Below the pieces are notes generated by a model. The model was not told the origin of the DNA. It searched no databases and saw nothing but the letters and a program-made list of their open reading frames with translations. The position numbers and the translations under genes are program-made. Of a stretch of 64,000 nucleotides of DNA, positions 51,029 to 64,000 are shown piece by piece (position 1 is the stretch's first letter; every line of letters begins with the position of its first letter). The DNA is from Octopus vulgaris (Eukaryota). Location of the stretch: positions 179,428,001-179,492,000 of the forward strand of contig OX597816.1 in the NCBI GenBank assembly GCA_951406725.2, written 5' to 3'.

Positions 51029-52239
51029 TAAAAATATTTATTCAATGTCAATAATTTATCCTCATAATCGTACTTCGGTTCACATTCTATTTTACTAAAA
51101 AAAGTCAACTTTTGGTGATCATTCTAAATTGAATTAAAAGTATTTTCTAATACTAATAACATTGAATTTTCGGCCCTGTTTTTAGAATGACATTAACTAA
51201 AGATCTAAAGTGTCAAACAGACCATATGTATTATATATTTATATATATATTTATTTAAATACTGAGTGTATTTTATTTAATCTAAATAAGAACTAAATGA
51301 AAGGACCATTTTATGATATAATGGCAAGTCGTAGGAAGAATATTCAGGAGTTAGAGAAGGCATTTCATTATCCCTTTTTATAGCAACACACAAGGTTGCC
51401 TTGCTGCCATAATTTTATAAGAAATTTCAACTTCAAAATGATAAAATTAGTTATTTTACTAAATCCTTACAAATTCTAGATTATTTCAAAATTAATTGAA
51501 GCATGTTGGTAGTGTTTTGTTAGGAACATGATTATAAAAGGATTAAATTTAATGATTAGACCAACCAAAGCCAGAATGGAAAATGGATATATCTTGCAAA
51601 AAAAAAAAAAAATCAACATAATAGTTGTGTGAGTTATGTGTGTATAAATATGCCATGATAAAAATATATAACAACTACTTACTTTTAACAATTATCTTTG
51701 AAATTTTTCATATTATATATATTTTTAAATGTGCTGGTAAAACTGTGCAAAAACTCCCACAATGACCCCATTTTGAGTGCTCCTTATACAACAAGGATTG
51801 TTGAAATCCACATTTAAACCTTTCACAGTTGCTTCTTTTGCAAATGTATTCCAGGTGCTAATCTTGTGTAGTACAGTTTAACATCACATTTCACCTAAAC
51901 ATTGAAGCCTACAGTCATTGTAAGGATGTTGGTCTACTCTCACCTTTTGCTACCTGCTAGTCTATTGGAAATAGGATTGCTATTTGAATTGAGAGAAAGT
52001 TCCTACTATTTTTTTTTACATCTAATATCTAATTTCAATGAAGATTTTTTTAAGATACATTGTCAGCTATTTGTAGATATTTTTACTAATGTAATATGAT
52101 ATGAGATTGACAATAGTCACATGGTCAAGTAAAATCATATATTGGTTAATTGTGTTAAATTTCTTATCAAAGTGATCAATATTGGGTGTAGCTGTTGTAC
52201 TCCTTTATCCTAAGTTAAGTAACTTGTAATATTGTGTAA

Positions 52240-52622
52240 TGGATTGGTTATATATGTATGATATGCACCTCTAGAATAACATTACTTGATAGGGTGCAAA
52301 GCTCAGAGATCAGGGAATCTCTCTAGGTTGAGCTAATCCACATTGGGAGGTCACAGCTCTGATACTATGGACATGTGATAAGAATGTCTTTAAAAAGAAT
52401 CACAAGGTGAATTCTTCAAGCTGAACTAACCAGCAGGAAACCTAGGGGTAGATTTAGAATGAGATGGTTGAATAATATCCTAAGACTCAGTTGGTTGCAC
52501 TTGGGAATCCAAAGGGAAAGTCTAATGATGGCTGCTTCTTATGGAGGAGATGCCTGAAGATTCTACTCCAACAAACCTCCCAGAAATAGTGGGCAGAAAA
52601 GATGGATGGATGGATGGAGATG
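52240..52622 (+). mobile_element. degenerate RTE 3' end with (GATG)n tail
   Basis: Residual RTE C-terminal coding (YYGHVIRM...PAGKPRGRFRMRW) and gatggatgga tail. Confidence 0.65.
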
Positions 52623-52954
52623 CACCTAAGACTGGTGCAGTGTACATTTTGTTTAACTTCCTTATTTAGTCACATTCTTGTATACCACTTATGAAATGAT
52701 CAGAGAAAATGTGATGCCAAACTACATTAAGAATGTCCAACAGCCAGTATGCATATGGAAAAAAGGAACAATAGAAAGAACTTAGTATCAATTCTTAAAA
52801 TTAAGTCTTGATAAGCATTGAAGAACACTCATAATATAGATCTCTCAATGCTAAATTAAAAGACACTTACATCTATAAATTTGAAAAGTTTCGCTGAAAA
52901 CTTTTAAAAACAAATTATATCCATATTTTATATTGACATATACAAAGACACAAA

Positions 52955-54274
52955 TATTGGGTCATCCCATAGATAATGTGATTTTTTTGTACTTCTTTTA
53001 TTTTTCAAAATTAAGATAAGTAAAGTTCTTTTTTAATCTAAAATATACTCTCCTTCATTTCCTACAATGCTTTTCCATCTATCTGGTAGATTTGCAAGGC
53101 CCCTCTTCCAAATTTCACTTGTCAGTGATGAAAACTACTTCTCCAGTACAGTTCTGACCTCATCTACAGAATTCATATTTTTTTCCATCCAAATGATTTT
53201 GAAGACTACAGAATAAATGATAATCAGATGGGGCAATGTCTGGTGAATATGGTGGGAGGGGCATCGTTTCTCATTCAAACTGCTCCAGCCTTTGTATGTA
53301 GTCAAGCATTATCCTGATGGAAGGACACCTTTCCTCTTGAAACCAAAGGTTGTCGTTTTTTTTCTACTGCTACCTTAAGCTGCTCAAGCTGCCCACAGCA
53401 GATCTCCTTTGCTATTGTTTGGCTTGGGTTTAAAAGTTCAAAGTAGACTAAACCTTTCATATCCCACTAAACAGATAACAACACCTTATGTGGCTGAAGA
53501 CCTTCTTTAGCCTGGGGTGCCAGTGTTTCTCCTTTCTCTACTGTCTCAAGCTTTCTGATCGGGTTTGCAGATTGTCTCCTCTCAGTTATCTTTTATTCTT
53601 ATAAGTTTTTATCTCCTAGACATAAGTAATCCTTCTTGACATTTTTATAAAGAACTCATTTCTTGTCACTATTCAGTCCAAAAAAGGTTCACACATTCAC
53701 TCTCTGCATGCAATTAGATTCAGAAAGATTGTGAGGAACCCACTGACCCAATTTGCTGACTTTTCCAGTGACATGCAGGTGTCAATGAATGGTTGAATGA
53801 CCAAATCCAAGCTTCTCTGCTAGTTCCTCAATAGTTATGATGGGATTTTGTTCCACCAGGGTTTGCAGAACGTCCTTGTTGAGCTCTGCAGATCATCCAG
53901 GATGAAGTTCGTCTTCTAGGCCGTAGTTTCTGGTTTGGAATTTCTGGAACCAAGGTTGACACTGGCTTATGTTTATTGTCCAATCCCCGTATACTGCATT
54001 ACTATTTCTTGCACTTTCCGTTGTGATGTTGCCTTTACTGAACTCATAAATCAAAATATGCCAAATACGCTCTTTTGTCTCTTCTGCCATTACAGCTTTG
54101 AAAAAATAACTGTGACAATTGAACTGCACTCTTCAAAACTTGTACTAAGAATAAGTACAAGGTAAAATTACTACCTGCTTTTATAGCAAGTTGATTCAAG
54201 TAGTTTATCCCATCCCCCTCCAACTTTTAGCTCATGCAATTGAAGAAACACATTATTTACAGGATGACCCAATA
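52955..54274 (-). mobile_element. mariner element, about 1.3 kb, degenerate transposase
   Basis: TIRs TAttgggtcatcccatagataatgtg / cacattatttacaggatgacccaaTA; HILIYEFSKGNITTESARN..AVYGD HTH on the minus strand. Confidence 0.9.
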
Positions 54275-54504
54275 CTTACACATGCTCACTCACGTACATC
54301 ATGCGCAGACCAGATTGATCTGTATTTAAAATAAAATTATGCTAACATTTTCCCCATGAAACGGTTTTCTAAACATAAGACACAATAAACATATATTATG
54401 CATAATATTGAAATAACTCACAATTTAGCTCAATGATGTTGCATAATGTGACGATTCATCCACTTCATACCTACTCCTGAAACTGTCCGCTTTCTTCAAG
54501 TGAA

Positions 54505-54597
54505 TGAGAAGACCAATACAGGACACCTTGCCGGGGACAGAGAGTAGTGTTATTATATGCCAGTTGTTGCAGTCACTTAGGGTTCCTTTCTTGGCTA
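54505..54597 (-). mobile_element. short RTE RT fragment
   Basis: Minus translation KKGTLSDCNNWHIITLLSVPGKV. Confidence 0.7.
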
Positions 54598-57500
54598 TTT
54601 CTCCTATTACTCAATCAATTGTTGTTGTATTGTGAAAGAATTATTGCGCAAAGCGAAATACTTGGGAATATGTTTTATAAAAAGAAAATTTCCTACTTGT
54701 AGGGCTAAGTTTTTGGATTAGTATACAACTATATTAAGTTTTTAAATTTAATATTTATGAAAAGGAATGTCCAATCCTTCATCTTTGTTATTCCAACAAG
54801 TTCTATCAGCAATATAATGTTAAAGAACAAAATAAACAGATTTGACAGCAATGTGAAGTTTTCTGATATGAAAGGATTTAATATTAGCTTTGTAGGCCAA
54901 CAAACTCCTTATCAGTTCCCAATATGATACTCCATCACTGAGGTCTTTCCTCAAGGTTCTTACCTCTTTTGTAACCAGGTAAAGGGTTTGAGAAAAAAAT
55001 TAGTGCCTTATCCTATAAAACAGTGCGTCCAGCATCTGAGTTTTTCCTCTAAGGGTTGATAGAATATGTGACAGTTAAATTCTTAGAATGTCCCCTTCCT
55101 TAGTAAAAAGAAATCAATATTATTTTTTAAGTAATAGGCACTGAGGTAAAACAATAAATTCTAGACAAACCAAGTCCCCACATTCAGCTGGTATCATTTC
55201 ACTTACATTGCTAAAACCTTTTAAAAATTAATGAACACTACCATTCCTCTTTAAATATGAGGCTTCATCACATTGTAAGGAATCTTAATTTATTTTTATT
55301 ATATTTCATTATTAAATGAAAATGTAATGATGCAGGAGTTAACCACAAATTATGATTTATATATGATGTGACACTATATGTTATTTTAGTTTACAATCAA
55401 AATTGTGAAATAAAAACACTTCTTTTGATTGGCACATTTGCACACTTGTACTATTTATATATTTTTATAATAAACAGATTTTCCTCAAAGACTTTGTTAA
55501 TTTTGCATAAGAACTTTCAATTCAAATAATTTAATTTTTAATAAAATTTATTGTATATGTTTATGAACTGTGATTGAAGGTATAAAGGTAATTCTGTTAT
55601 TGGTGTACTTTTATTTATATAATGAATTTATAAAAGTGAGGGTGTTCTTTTCCAGAGGATCTTCACTCTGGAAAAGGACTGGGTATAGTAAATAGTATAG
55701 AACTTGGGGTGAGGAAGGGGTCACACAAAGATGAATGGGATGGGAATACCTGAATGGAGCTGGCACAAACCTATCAGCTCCAAGGAGCAGAGGCTATTAT
55801 AGTAGTGGTAGAAAAAGCAGAAAGAGGAGAGAGTACACCTGTAGACCAGAGGCTGGAATGTATCAGTGAGAGGCTTTATGTTAATCATTCAGGTGGCCCA
55901 TTTTCAGACATGGTCTAGGATATTCTGATCTCAGGAAAGAACTTTTTATTGCATGTTAGTCTATTAAATTGTTTCTTGGATATAATATTGATTTCAAATT
56001 TTGGCACAAGGCCAGCAATTTTGGGGGAGGGGTAAGTCAAGAACATTAAGCCCAGCATTCAACTTGTACTTATTTTGTCAACCCCAAAAAAGTTGAAAGG
56101 CAAAGTCAACCTTGGCAGAATTTGAACTCAGAATGTAAAGATGGGTGAAATATCATAAGGCATTTTGCAGATTGTGCTAATGATTCTGCCAGCTCACTGC
56201 CTTATTTTCTTGGATATAAGACTTAAATGTGTTAAAAGCATTTCACTGCAGTGCTTCTCAAACTGATATATACAGAGCACAAGCAAAATGATGAAAAAAA
56301 AAAGTGAAATTTTTTGTTCTTCTTTTTATAAATGAGAAGACAAAATGAATTTTACATGCATACAGTTTTAAAATCATTTAATTCTAATAAACGTGACACG
56401 TTATCTACCCTCTTTTCCTCTTTTCAATCCTTACAGCCCCACTCTGCCTATGAGAAATGTTGTTCTAGTGGAGAATGTCATAATTTGTGAAAGTTTAGTA
56501 GTTGTTTAAGACAAAAATATTTTTCATTCTTGAAGAAACTAAACCTTTGAGCGAGAGTTTACAAATGAGGAGAAGAAATGAAGTACTGCCAGTTTATTTT
56601 CTTAAGGTTGAACTATCATAATTTTGGTGCATTTTAATGGGACAAATGTGTTGAATGCCCTTAGAAAATATTTTAAAGATTCTTATTCATGGAAAGTGTG
56701 GAAACCTGATGGAAGATTGAAGTAGCAAATTGATGGTTTACAAGGAATGAGTAATGATGGTATGAGTATAGAAAGAGTAAGTCTATAAAGTAAACATTTG
56801 TACGTTTAAACTGATTAAAAATAATTATAAAAGTATACAAATAAAGTTATAATGCAAATTTTACACCAGTTGCAAAAAGTTAAAGCACTGCAGCACTATT
56901 TCAAGTTCACCTTTATCATATCTATTTATAACTATAATAAAGCTTTTAAGAAAGTGGTCATACTGTATTTTGTCAAAAGCAGAGATATCTGAATTCAACC
57001 AAAAACCTTGGAAACTTGTCTAGTAAGTTATAGGGATAAGTAAAAAGCTGACAATGGGCTACATTCAATGCATCAATGATGAACAGAGTATTCTAAATCA
57101 CAACACTTAATTTAACAAATTTTGATGCAATATTTTTTGTTAATATTTTATTTGAAATTGAAGAAGGATAATGAATATATCAAATCTTTTTTTACATAGC
57201 TGGCAAAAATTTGCCTCAGAATATTTAATAGAAATGGCTTGACAGAGAAGGGTAAGATATGTGGCTTGCTTAATTGTAAGTGATAGAGGCTAGGATCAAG
57301 GTAATACCAAAACTCATGAATGTTTGTGTAGAGAGAGCTGTGCAGCAAATAGATTATTCAATAATGAATGATAACACACATGGTGGCTATGGATATGGCA
57401 CAAGGGATGAAGAAGGGTTAAAGCTGTTGGATGCTATGATGCAAATGACTTAAATGCTTGTAACATCAACTGCAGAAAACCTTCAAGCCACTTGCTTACT

Positions 57501-57795
57501 TATCAATAAGATGAACACATAAACCAGATTGACTTCATAATCACCAGGAAATGGAATAAACAACTAGCTGAGAATATTGTTCTTTCCAATGTACCATGCC
57601 ACATGTTGATTAGCAACTTCAGGAGAAGAGATAGGTAGACTTACAGACATAAGAAAATTTAGAGAAAGAAGCTGTTGGAATGAAGAGATCATTAGAATAG
57701 ACATAGGTTCAGCGAAGGATTACTTATGTCTAGGAGATAAAAACTTATAAGAATAAAAGATAACTGAGAGGAGACAATCTGCAAACCCGATCAGA

Positions 57796-58137
57796 AAGCT
57801 TCCAGCATGATTGAAGGTGACATGACAAGTATTGTAGACAGCTATAAAAGCTTAGATATCAACAGAGAAAATCTGAAAGAATGTGGGGGAGGCACAAGGA
57901 ATAATATCAGTAGCTACAAGAAAAAATGGACATCAGGTATAGAGATAGGTGTCATAGAACACAAAACAATTTTCTTACTTTCCTTGCTATCTATACCTGA
58001 TGTCCATTTTTTCTTGTAGCTACTGATATTATTCCTTGTGCCTCCCCCACATTCTTTCAGATTTTCTCTGTTGATATCTAAGCTTTTATAGCTGTCTACA
58101 ATACTTGTCATGTCACCTTCAATCATGCTGGAAGCTT
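57796..58137. repeat. perfect 148-bp inverted repeat with 46-bp spacer
   Basis: Arms 57796-57943 and 57990-58137; ORF track shows identical peptides on both strands. Confidence 0.9.
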
Positions 58138-60613
58138 GTGTTCTGGATTGCAAAGCTGTGTCCCAATGCGAATCAAGATAAGGTTGGGGAATGATAGCAA
58201 CACATAAATTGCTGGGAGAGGAATATGCACTTGAGAAAGATAGAGAGAGAGTCTGTTCTAAGTGGACTCAATGCAAAGATCCTCTATTGAAGTTGAGGGT
58301 CAAAAGCACAATTAAAGTAAGCAAAAAAAGAAGCAGATGAGCCATCAGCGATAGCTTCTAAGATGTTGCTATCATGTAGAACAAGCACAAACCACTTCCA
58401 TAATCAATCAGGTATACCCAATATCATCATTGATAGCTAATAAAAAAAGAACTATAGAGGCATCAGACAGACGATGCTATAAGCATCAGTGGGTTGTTCC
58501 TACTATGAGCAACACGTTTTAAAATTTAAGTATCTTGGTTGCAGCCATGAACTGCTGTGTCAAAATACACAGCACAAAGCTAAAATAAAAAACCTGTCCA
58601 CTTGGTCAGCCTACAAATAACTTTGCTTTATTTCTGATAATTTCTTAGATGTAATATGTACTGAATGACCTTGATAATACCTTTATGCCTTGTTCATGGT
58701 TGTACATGCAATATATATGGATGTTGTAAACATTACTAAACATTTATTTATTGCAATCTATTTTATACAAATATTATCCAATTATGCAGTTTCGAAAATT
58801 GAAGTTGACATGTGATTAATGCTTTTCATTCCTGTTTATCTTACAAATATTTAAATCAAATGAATATTGCAATCATAGATATTTGGTCAACTAGTTGTAC
58901 AATATGATTTGTATTTATAGTCTTATATATGAATAAAACTGTAGCCTCCAGAAATTTTGTTACTTAATAAATGTAGTTAATCCTCCCTTCTTATGTCAGT
59001 TTACTTACTTGCAAATGTCAAGTATGGCAAAATGTTTTTCTTATATTTAAATTTCCTGCTTTACAACTCCCATTTAACTGCTGAAATAAAACTACAATGA
59101 TTAATCCTCAATCAAATTTGGTCTTGTGTCCCTCCCTTTTAAATCCCATGTTAATTTTATGTTCTGAATTGCTCAACTCCCACACATCTTTTCTCCTACT
59201 TGCTGTAATTTCTTTAATGACCTCGTCTTTATCCTGTACACTGGCAGAAGTTTATGTATCGGCTAAGAATAGTGAATTCTCTTTTAATCCTCTTTAAGTG
59301 CTCTAATCTTTCATGAATGGCAGCCTACTGTAGTAAATACTGAAATTACATGTTCAATCTCTGTTGTAAATAAATATCAGCCTAACCGATTCTCTTGGTT
59401 TCTCTCAACAAAAATGAAAAAAATAACTTCATTCAGTTACAGATGGATCTTATATACATATACCTTTTACTTTTTGATATTCTTCAGTTGAGAGATGAAC
59501 AATATTCATTTCTTTTTTTAGGCCCAGCTAAACTGAAGGTAGTGTGTGGTCAGCATTCAGCTTAGATAGCTGTCAATGACATTGAAACTGCCAACAGTTA
59601 ATAATAAGCTTACTAGATGAGGGTAGTAGACTAGTCTTTTCCAATAAAACAAGTGATGTATTTAATCCCTTGTAGAGTTGTCAAGCCACTTACTGTGTTT
59701 GGGTAAAACATTTATAGCTTATTAGCAGAACATCACTGGAGATTAGATTAGGGATAGAATAGCCAAAATTAATAAATAAAATCCAAATGCAACATAAATA
59801 TTATATAAATATCAAATAAGTTTATAATTAACAGTTACACAATATTGTATTGGCTCAAACTGAGATAGCAGGATTCTGTGAATAATTTTTTATGAGTAAG
59901 GATATACAAGTATAAAATTTGATAGTTGTTTCTATTTTCACCAGCCATTTCATTTTTTTCCTTAATGACATTATGATAAAGTGTTGTAGCTGACTAAAAC
60001 AAAGTATTAGCTTACTAATGAAAGGTACAGAAGTGTGTATACTCATCATAACTGAGATATTTAACCCTCAACCCATTTCCACATAGCTATGAAAAATCAT
60101 GGGTAGGTACAACTTAGTTATTGAATAATTGATAAAGTTGAAAGCCAAGTTTAATTCTTGGCAGAGGAAAAGGTTTCCCCAGACTTATTTTTCCATGATA
60201 TCATCATCATCATCATCATCATCATTGTTGTTTAGCATCCTCCTTCCATGCTGGCATGGGTTGGATGGTTTGACAGGAGCTGGCCAGGCAGAAGACTACA
60301 CCATACCTTTGTGTCTGTTTGGGCATGGTTTTTATGGCTGGATGCCCTTCCTAACACCAATGAACCCACAGAATGGGCTGAGTACTTTTAATGTGGCACC
60401 AGCACAAGCAAGGGCAGTTTGGCATGGTTTTTACAGCTGGATATACCTCCAAATGCCAACTATTTTATAGTGTGGACTGGATACTTTTTTGAGTAGCACC
60501 AGGGTGAACAAGTAACTTGCAAAACAAAGAATCGAGAGGGGAGGGGGCATAAGAGGAGGTGATCTTGTGTCAGACGATAAAATGTTAACAGATGTCTTGC
60601 TGTAGAGGAGATA

Positions 60614-60656
<43 letters not shown>

Positions 60657-60839
60657 CAGAATGTGTTGCTGTAAAGAAGATACATGTTTACCTAACCGGA
60701 GGGAAGAGCAAGAGAGGGAGAGAAAGTGATCAAGAACAAGGGCAGTATTAATTCAAAGCCTTTATTAAAAGTAAGCAATTGAAAGAACAGAAACATTTTC
60801 TTTGACTTCAAAGAATATATATCTGAAGTTGTCATGAGA

Positions 60840-60840
<1 letters not shown>

Positions 60841-60874
<34 letters not shown>

Positions 60875-61372
60875 AATTATTGTATATAGTGCTCAGGTGT
60901 ACCACAACTTGTCAAAAGTGCATGTAAAGTATATGCAGTAATGTACAAATGTCTGGAAAGGGAACAATGCATGAGTCAGATACATGCTTGCATGTGTATG
61001 GAGGGGGAAAATCAGGTGTAGTGTTGCCGAATCTCAGGAAGCATGGAAGTTTTGAAGGATGCAGTGCTCTGACAACTAACAACTGATGCCGGCAGTTTGT
61101 TCCATGCTTCAGCAACTCTCAGCGAGAAAAAATGTTTCCGAAAGTCATGGGAGCTGTGCTGTTTTCTGACTTTGTAAACATGTCCACGGGTGTTAGACAG
61201 GTGGAGTTTGAAAAGGTGCCCAGAGTTAGTGTTTGTAGGATGGTTAATAATTTTATGGGTGCCTGCCAAGTCAGCTGCCAGATGTCGGAGTTTCAATGTA
61301 TCCATGCCCAGGGAAGTAATGCATTCAGAATATGGCAAATGCCTGATGGAGGGTAGAGACTGTAATACCAAC
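60841..61372 (-). mobile_element. CR1-like LINE 3' end with (TTA)n tail
   Basis: LGMDTLKLRH...SNTRGHVYKV...FRKHFFSLRVAEAWNKLPASVV...FK, a CR1 C-terminal signature. Confidence 0.85.
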
Positions 61373-64000
61373 CTACCTAAGAGTGACCCTGGTTCTATGA
61401 TAGAATCTCTCTGTTTTAAAGTGATTCAAATTAAGAATGTCCATCAATATTCCAAGCTGACTTAAGTTCCAAACACTAGCTTAATAATGACAAAGTTCTT
61501 TTACTAAATTCTTCCTTATTTTTAAAATTAATTGAAATTAAAATGATGTACTCCCACAGAAATACGGTAACAAAAGGATTAAATACAAGATTTTTTCCTT
61601 TCAGTGCAGACAATCATAAAAAAATACACATAACAATAGTATCAGCCTCAATAACATTATCAGCTCTCAACACTGTTGAGATGTAGACTAGCAGAAATAG
61701 GTTCAGAAGAACAACAACGATTGATATCCAACTGAGTCTTCTTGCTCCTTTTTTATTGTGGCAACTATAAAAACCTACAAACTGAATCAAACTGGACACT
61801 GTTGTTTATGAAGCAGGTGAAGGTGTAGAAAACTGGAGTGTTGGGTTTGAGGATTTGCACTCAGGTATTTCAAATGAAATACATATGTGCTGTACTAAAT
61901 TGAAGATACACCAAATTAGTTTAGACAGACATAATTTTATGCATATTTCAAGCTTTGTCATCATTACTGTTATTGTTATCATCACTGTTGCCACCTTCAC
62001 TACTCCCATCCTCCTCCTCATCATTTTTATGTTTGCATTTCCATATTTGCATGAGTTGAATGGTTGGATGGCTTCTGAGCACAGCATCTTACCACATGCT
62101 GCATTCCACTGCCATTGTCTTTGTGACTCTCAGCTTTTACTGCTTCTACACATACTTCTCTTGTTTTTCTCTCTTACTGTTTCCTTTCACTTGGATCTCC
62201 TGGCATTTCATTATCATCAATACACATTACAGATCTGTATAAACACAGTTATCTTTCTTGCACACATCAAGTTCCTCTTATACCCTGTTTTTCTCTCATG
62301 CACACCAACATTACACCCCCATGTTTGCTTTATTTCTCTCTAGCCTCCACACATTCTCTTCATGCAATGCCCAAATTTCGCTATCATGTAGTATCACATT
62401 TTGCATAAAAGTATTGTACAGTTTACACCAAATATGAAGAGAAAAATCTCCTTGTTGCCAACAGAGGTCCTTGAATTTTTTCTAACCAGTTGTTATTCAA
62501 GTTACTATGCTTTCAGAGCACCCTCCTCAGCAGGATTAGGGCACCTAGATAACAGACACTATTAAATACTTCCAAGAAGTTTTCCAAATATTAAAAGTAA
62601 TTTATTTTACTGTTGCTCTAACGAATAAGTACTCTTAAACATCTACTACACACAAAGTCTTTACTTACTGTCAGCCTAGCTGTAACTTCAGTACATATTT
62701 TCTGCATATCAAGTATAGTCGTTTCCCTGATAGCAACAGGGTCCTGTCTTATTTTATACTTACTAAGGCCTCACAATTTTGTTCCTACAGACAGTTGTAA
62801 TTGATTTGAGAACTATAATAAATAGGAAAGGGCTGAGAACTGTTTAAGTGCAGACTAAATTCCTCACTGAACTCTTGCCAACTACCACTTTGCTAATAGC
62901 ATCTTTATACATGGCTTGCATTGCTCTCACACACAATCTATCTACACCTAGTTTTCATAGAAACCACTGTGGTAATTTCTTACATAAATACAAGACCAAT
63001 AATCTGAGGTGGGCAAGGGACAGTCAATTATATCAACCACAATAATTGATTGGTACTTATTTTATCAATGACAGAAAGACAATAGGCAATATAAAGCCTG
63101 GTGTGATTTGAACTTAGAATGTAAAGAGATGTAACTAAATACCACAGGAAATTTTATCTAATGCTCTAATGATTCAGCCAATCCACCAACCTTCATTCTA
63201 AATAATACTTCTTGTGAATTTTAACTAATTGTATAGAAATAGAGTTGTTGATTAAGCTGATTCCAGTATATTACTTGTGTCCACTTTATTGACTCCACAG
63301 GAATGAAAGACAAAGTTTTGTTTGTTAGTATGGGATATTTTTATATTAAAAGACTGAGAGTTAGAGAGAGAGAAAGGGCTGCATTGACAAACATACTATG
63401 ATACAAAAATCTGACATGAAGTAGCCAATCAAGTAAATTAGTGACTGATGAAACTTTTAATGTAGTTCAACTTTACCACAATATTCACATATCATAAGTA
63501 GTTAAGGATATTGCTAATGTGAAGGACACCAACTTTCTGTGAACTACTCATCAGGCTATTGGTCTCTGACATATAAAGAATGATCAATGGCAGAATGAAC
63601 ACAAGAGAAATTATACTGATAGGCACTGAATTGGGAAAGGGATTTGCAAAAGCAAAGGAGATGATTACTTATGATAATTGATTTATATTAAACTAGCAGT
63701 TGTACTCAACCAAACTCATGTTTGTTAATATCCTAAATAGATACAGTCATGTGAATTTACTATATTTTAGATAAAGTATTTAAAAAAAAAAGATGCTGAC
63801 AATGTTCAGCTAGTCCAGGAATGTTGACTGTTGCGGTCAAGCAATTTAGAAAGGGGTTCAAGGTAAGCTAATAAATAAATACAAATATAGATCCAACGGC
63901 CCCAAAAAGATGCTTCCCTATGCAAAACATCAACTATTTGAATAAGTGTGGCCTACAACTTGGAACATGTACACATACATTCAATATTAAGAATATTAGA

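Noticed and set aside
55644-55679. 14-bp hairpin
   Set aside because: Too short and isolated to support a function
61604-61865. Possible + strand exon (strong acceptor, weak donor) and hydrophobic minus ORF 61614-61799
   Set aside because: All three + frames contain stops, and the minus ORF has no recognisable family or splice support

Overview
AT-rich, repeat-dense eukaryotic genomic DNA. The tRNA-headed SINE families, (TA)n/(TAA)n/(CA)n microsatellites and TE mix look like an octopus (coleoid cephalopod) genome; this is an inference from repeat recognition. Only one convincing protein-coding ORF is present: an intronless 259-aa four-TM, tetraspanin-like protein at 50249-51028 (+), with upstream 5'UTR exons and a possible CpG-rich promoter at about 27-30.5 kb. 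The rest is transposon debris: hAT, mariner (with TIRs), MITEs, a Helitron, RTE, CR1, CRE-like and R4/Dong LINE fragments, a Gypsy gag remnant and many SINEs. Most notable observations: (1) several unrelated short Penelope-like termini carrying hammerhead-ribozyme motifs, repeatedly arranged as inverted pairs in or beside microsatellites, including a perfect 136-bp palindrome with a complete type I hammerhead on each strand; (2) a circularly permuted 154-bp 28S rRNA fragment inside a Gypsy gag remnant; (3) an RTE LINE insertion with a 5' inversion (twin-priming structure) and a 13-bp TSD; (4) the divergent tetraspanin-like gene lacking the CCG motif; (5) a high density of local inverted duplications. 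No database searches were run, and repeat boundaries are approximate unless exact motifs are quoted.
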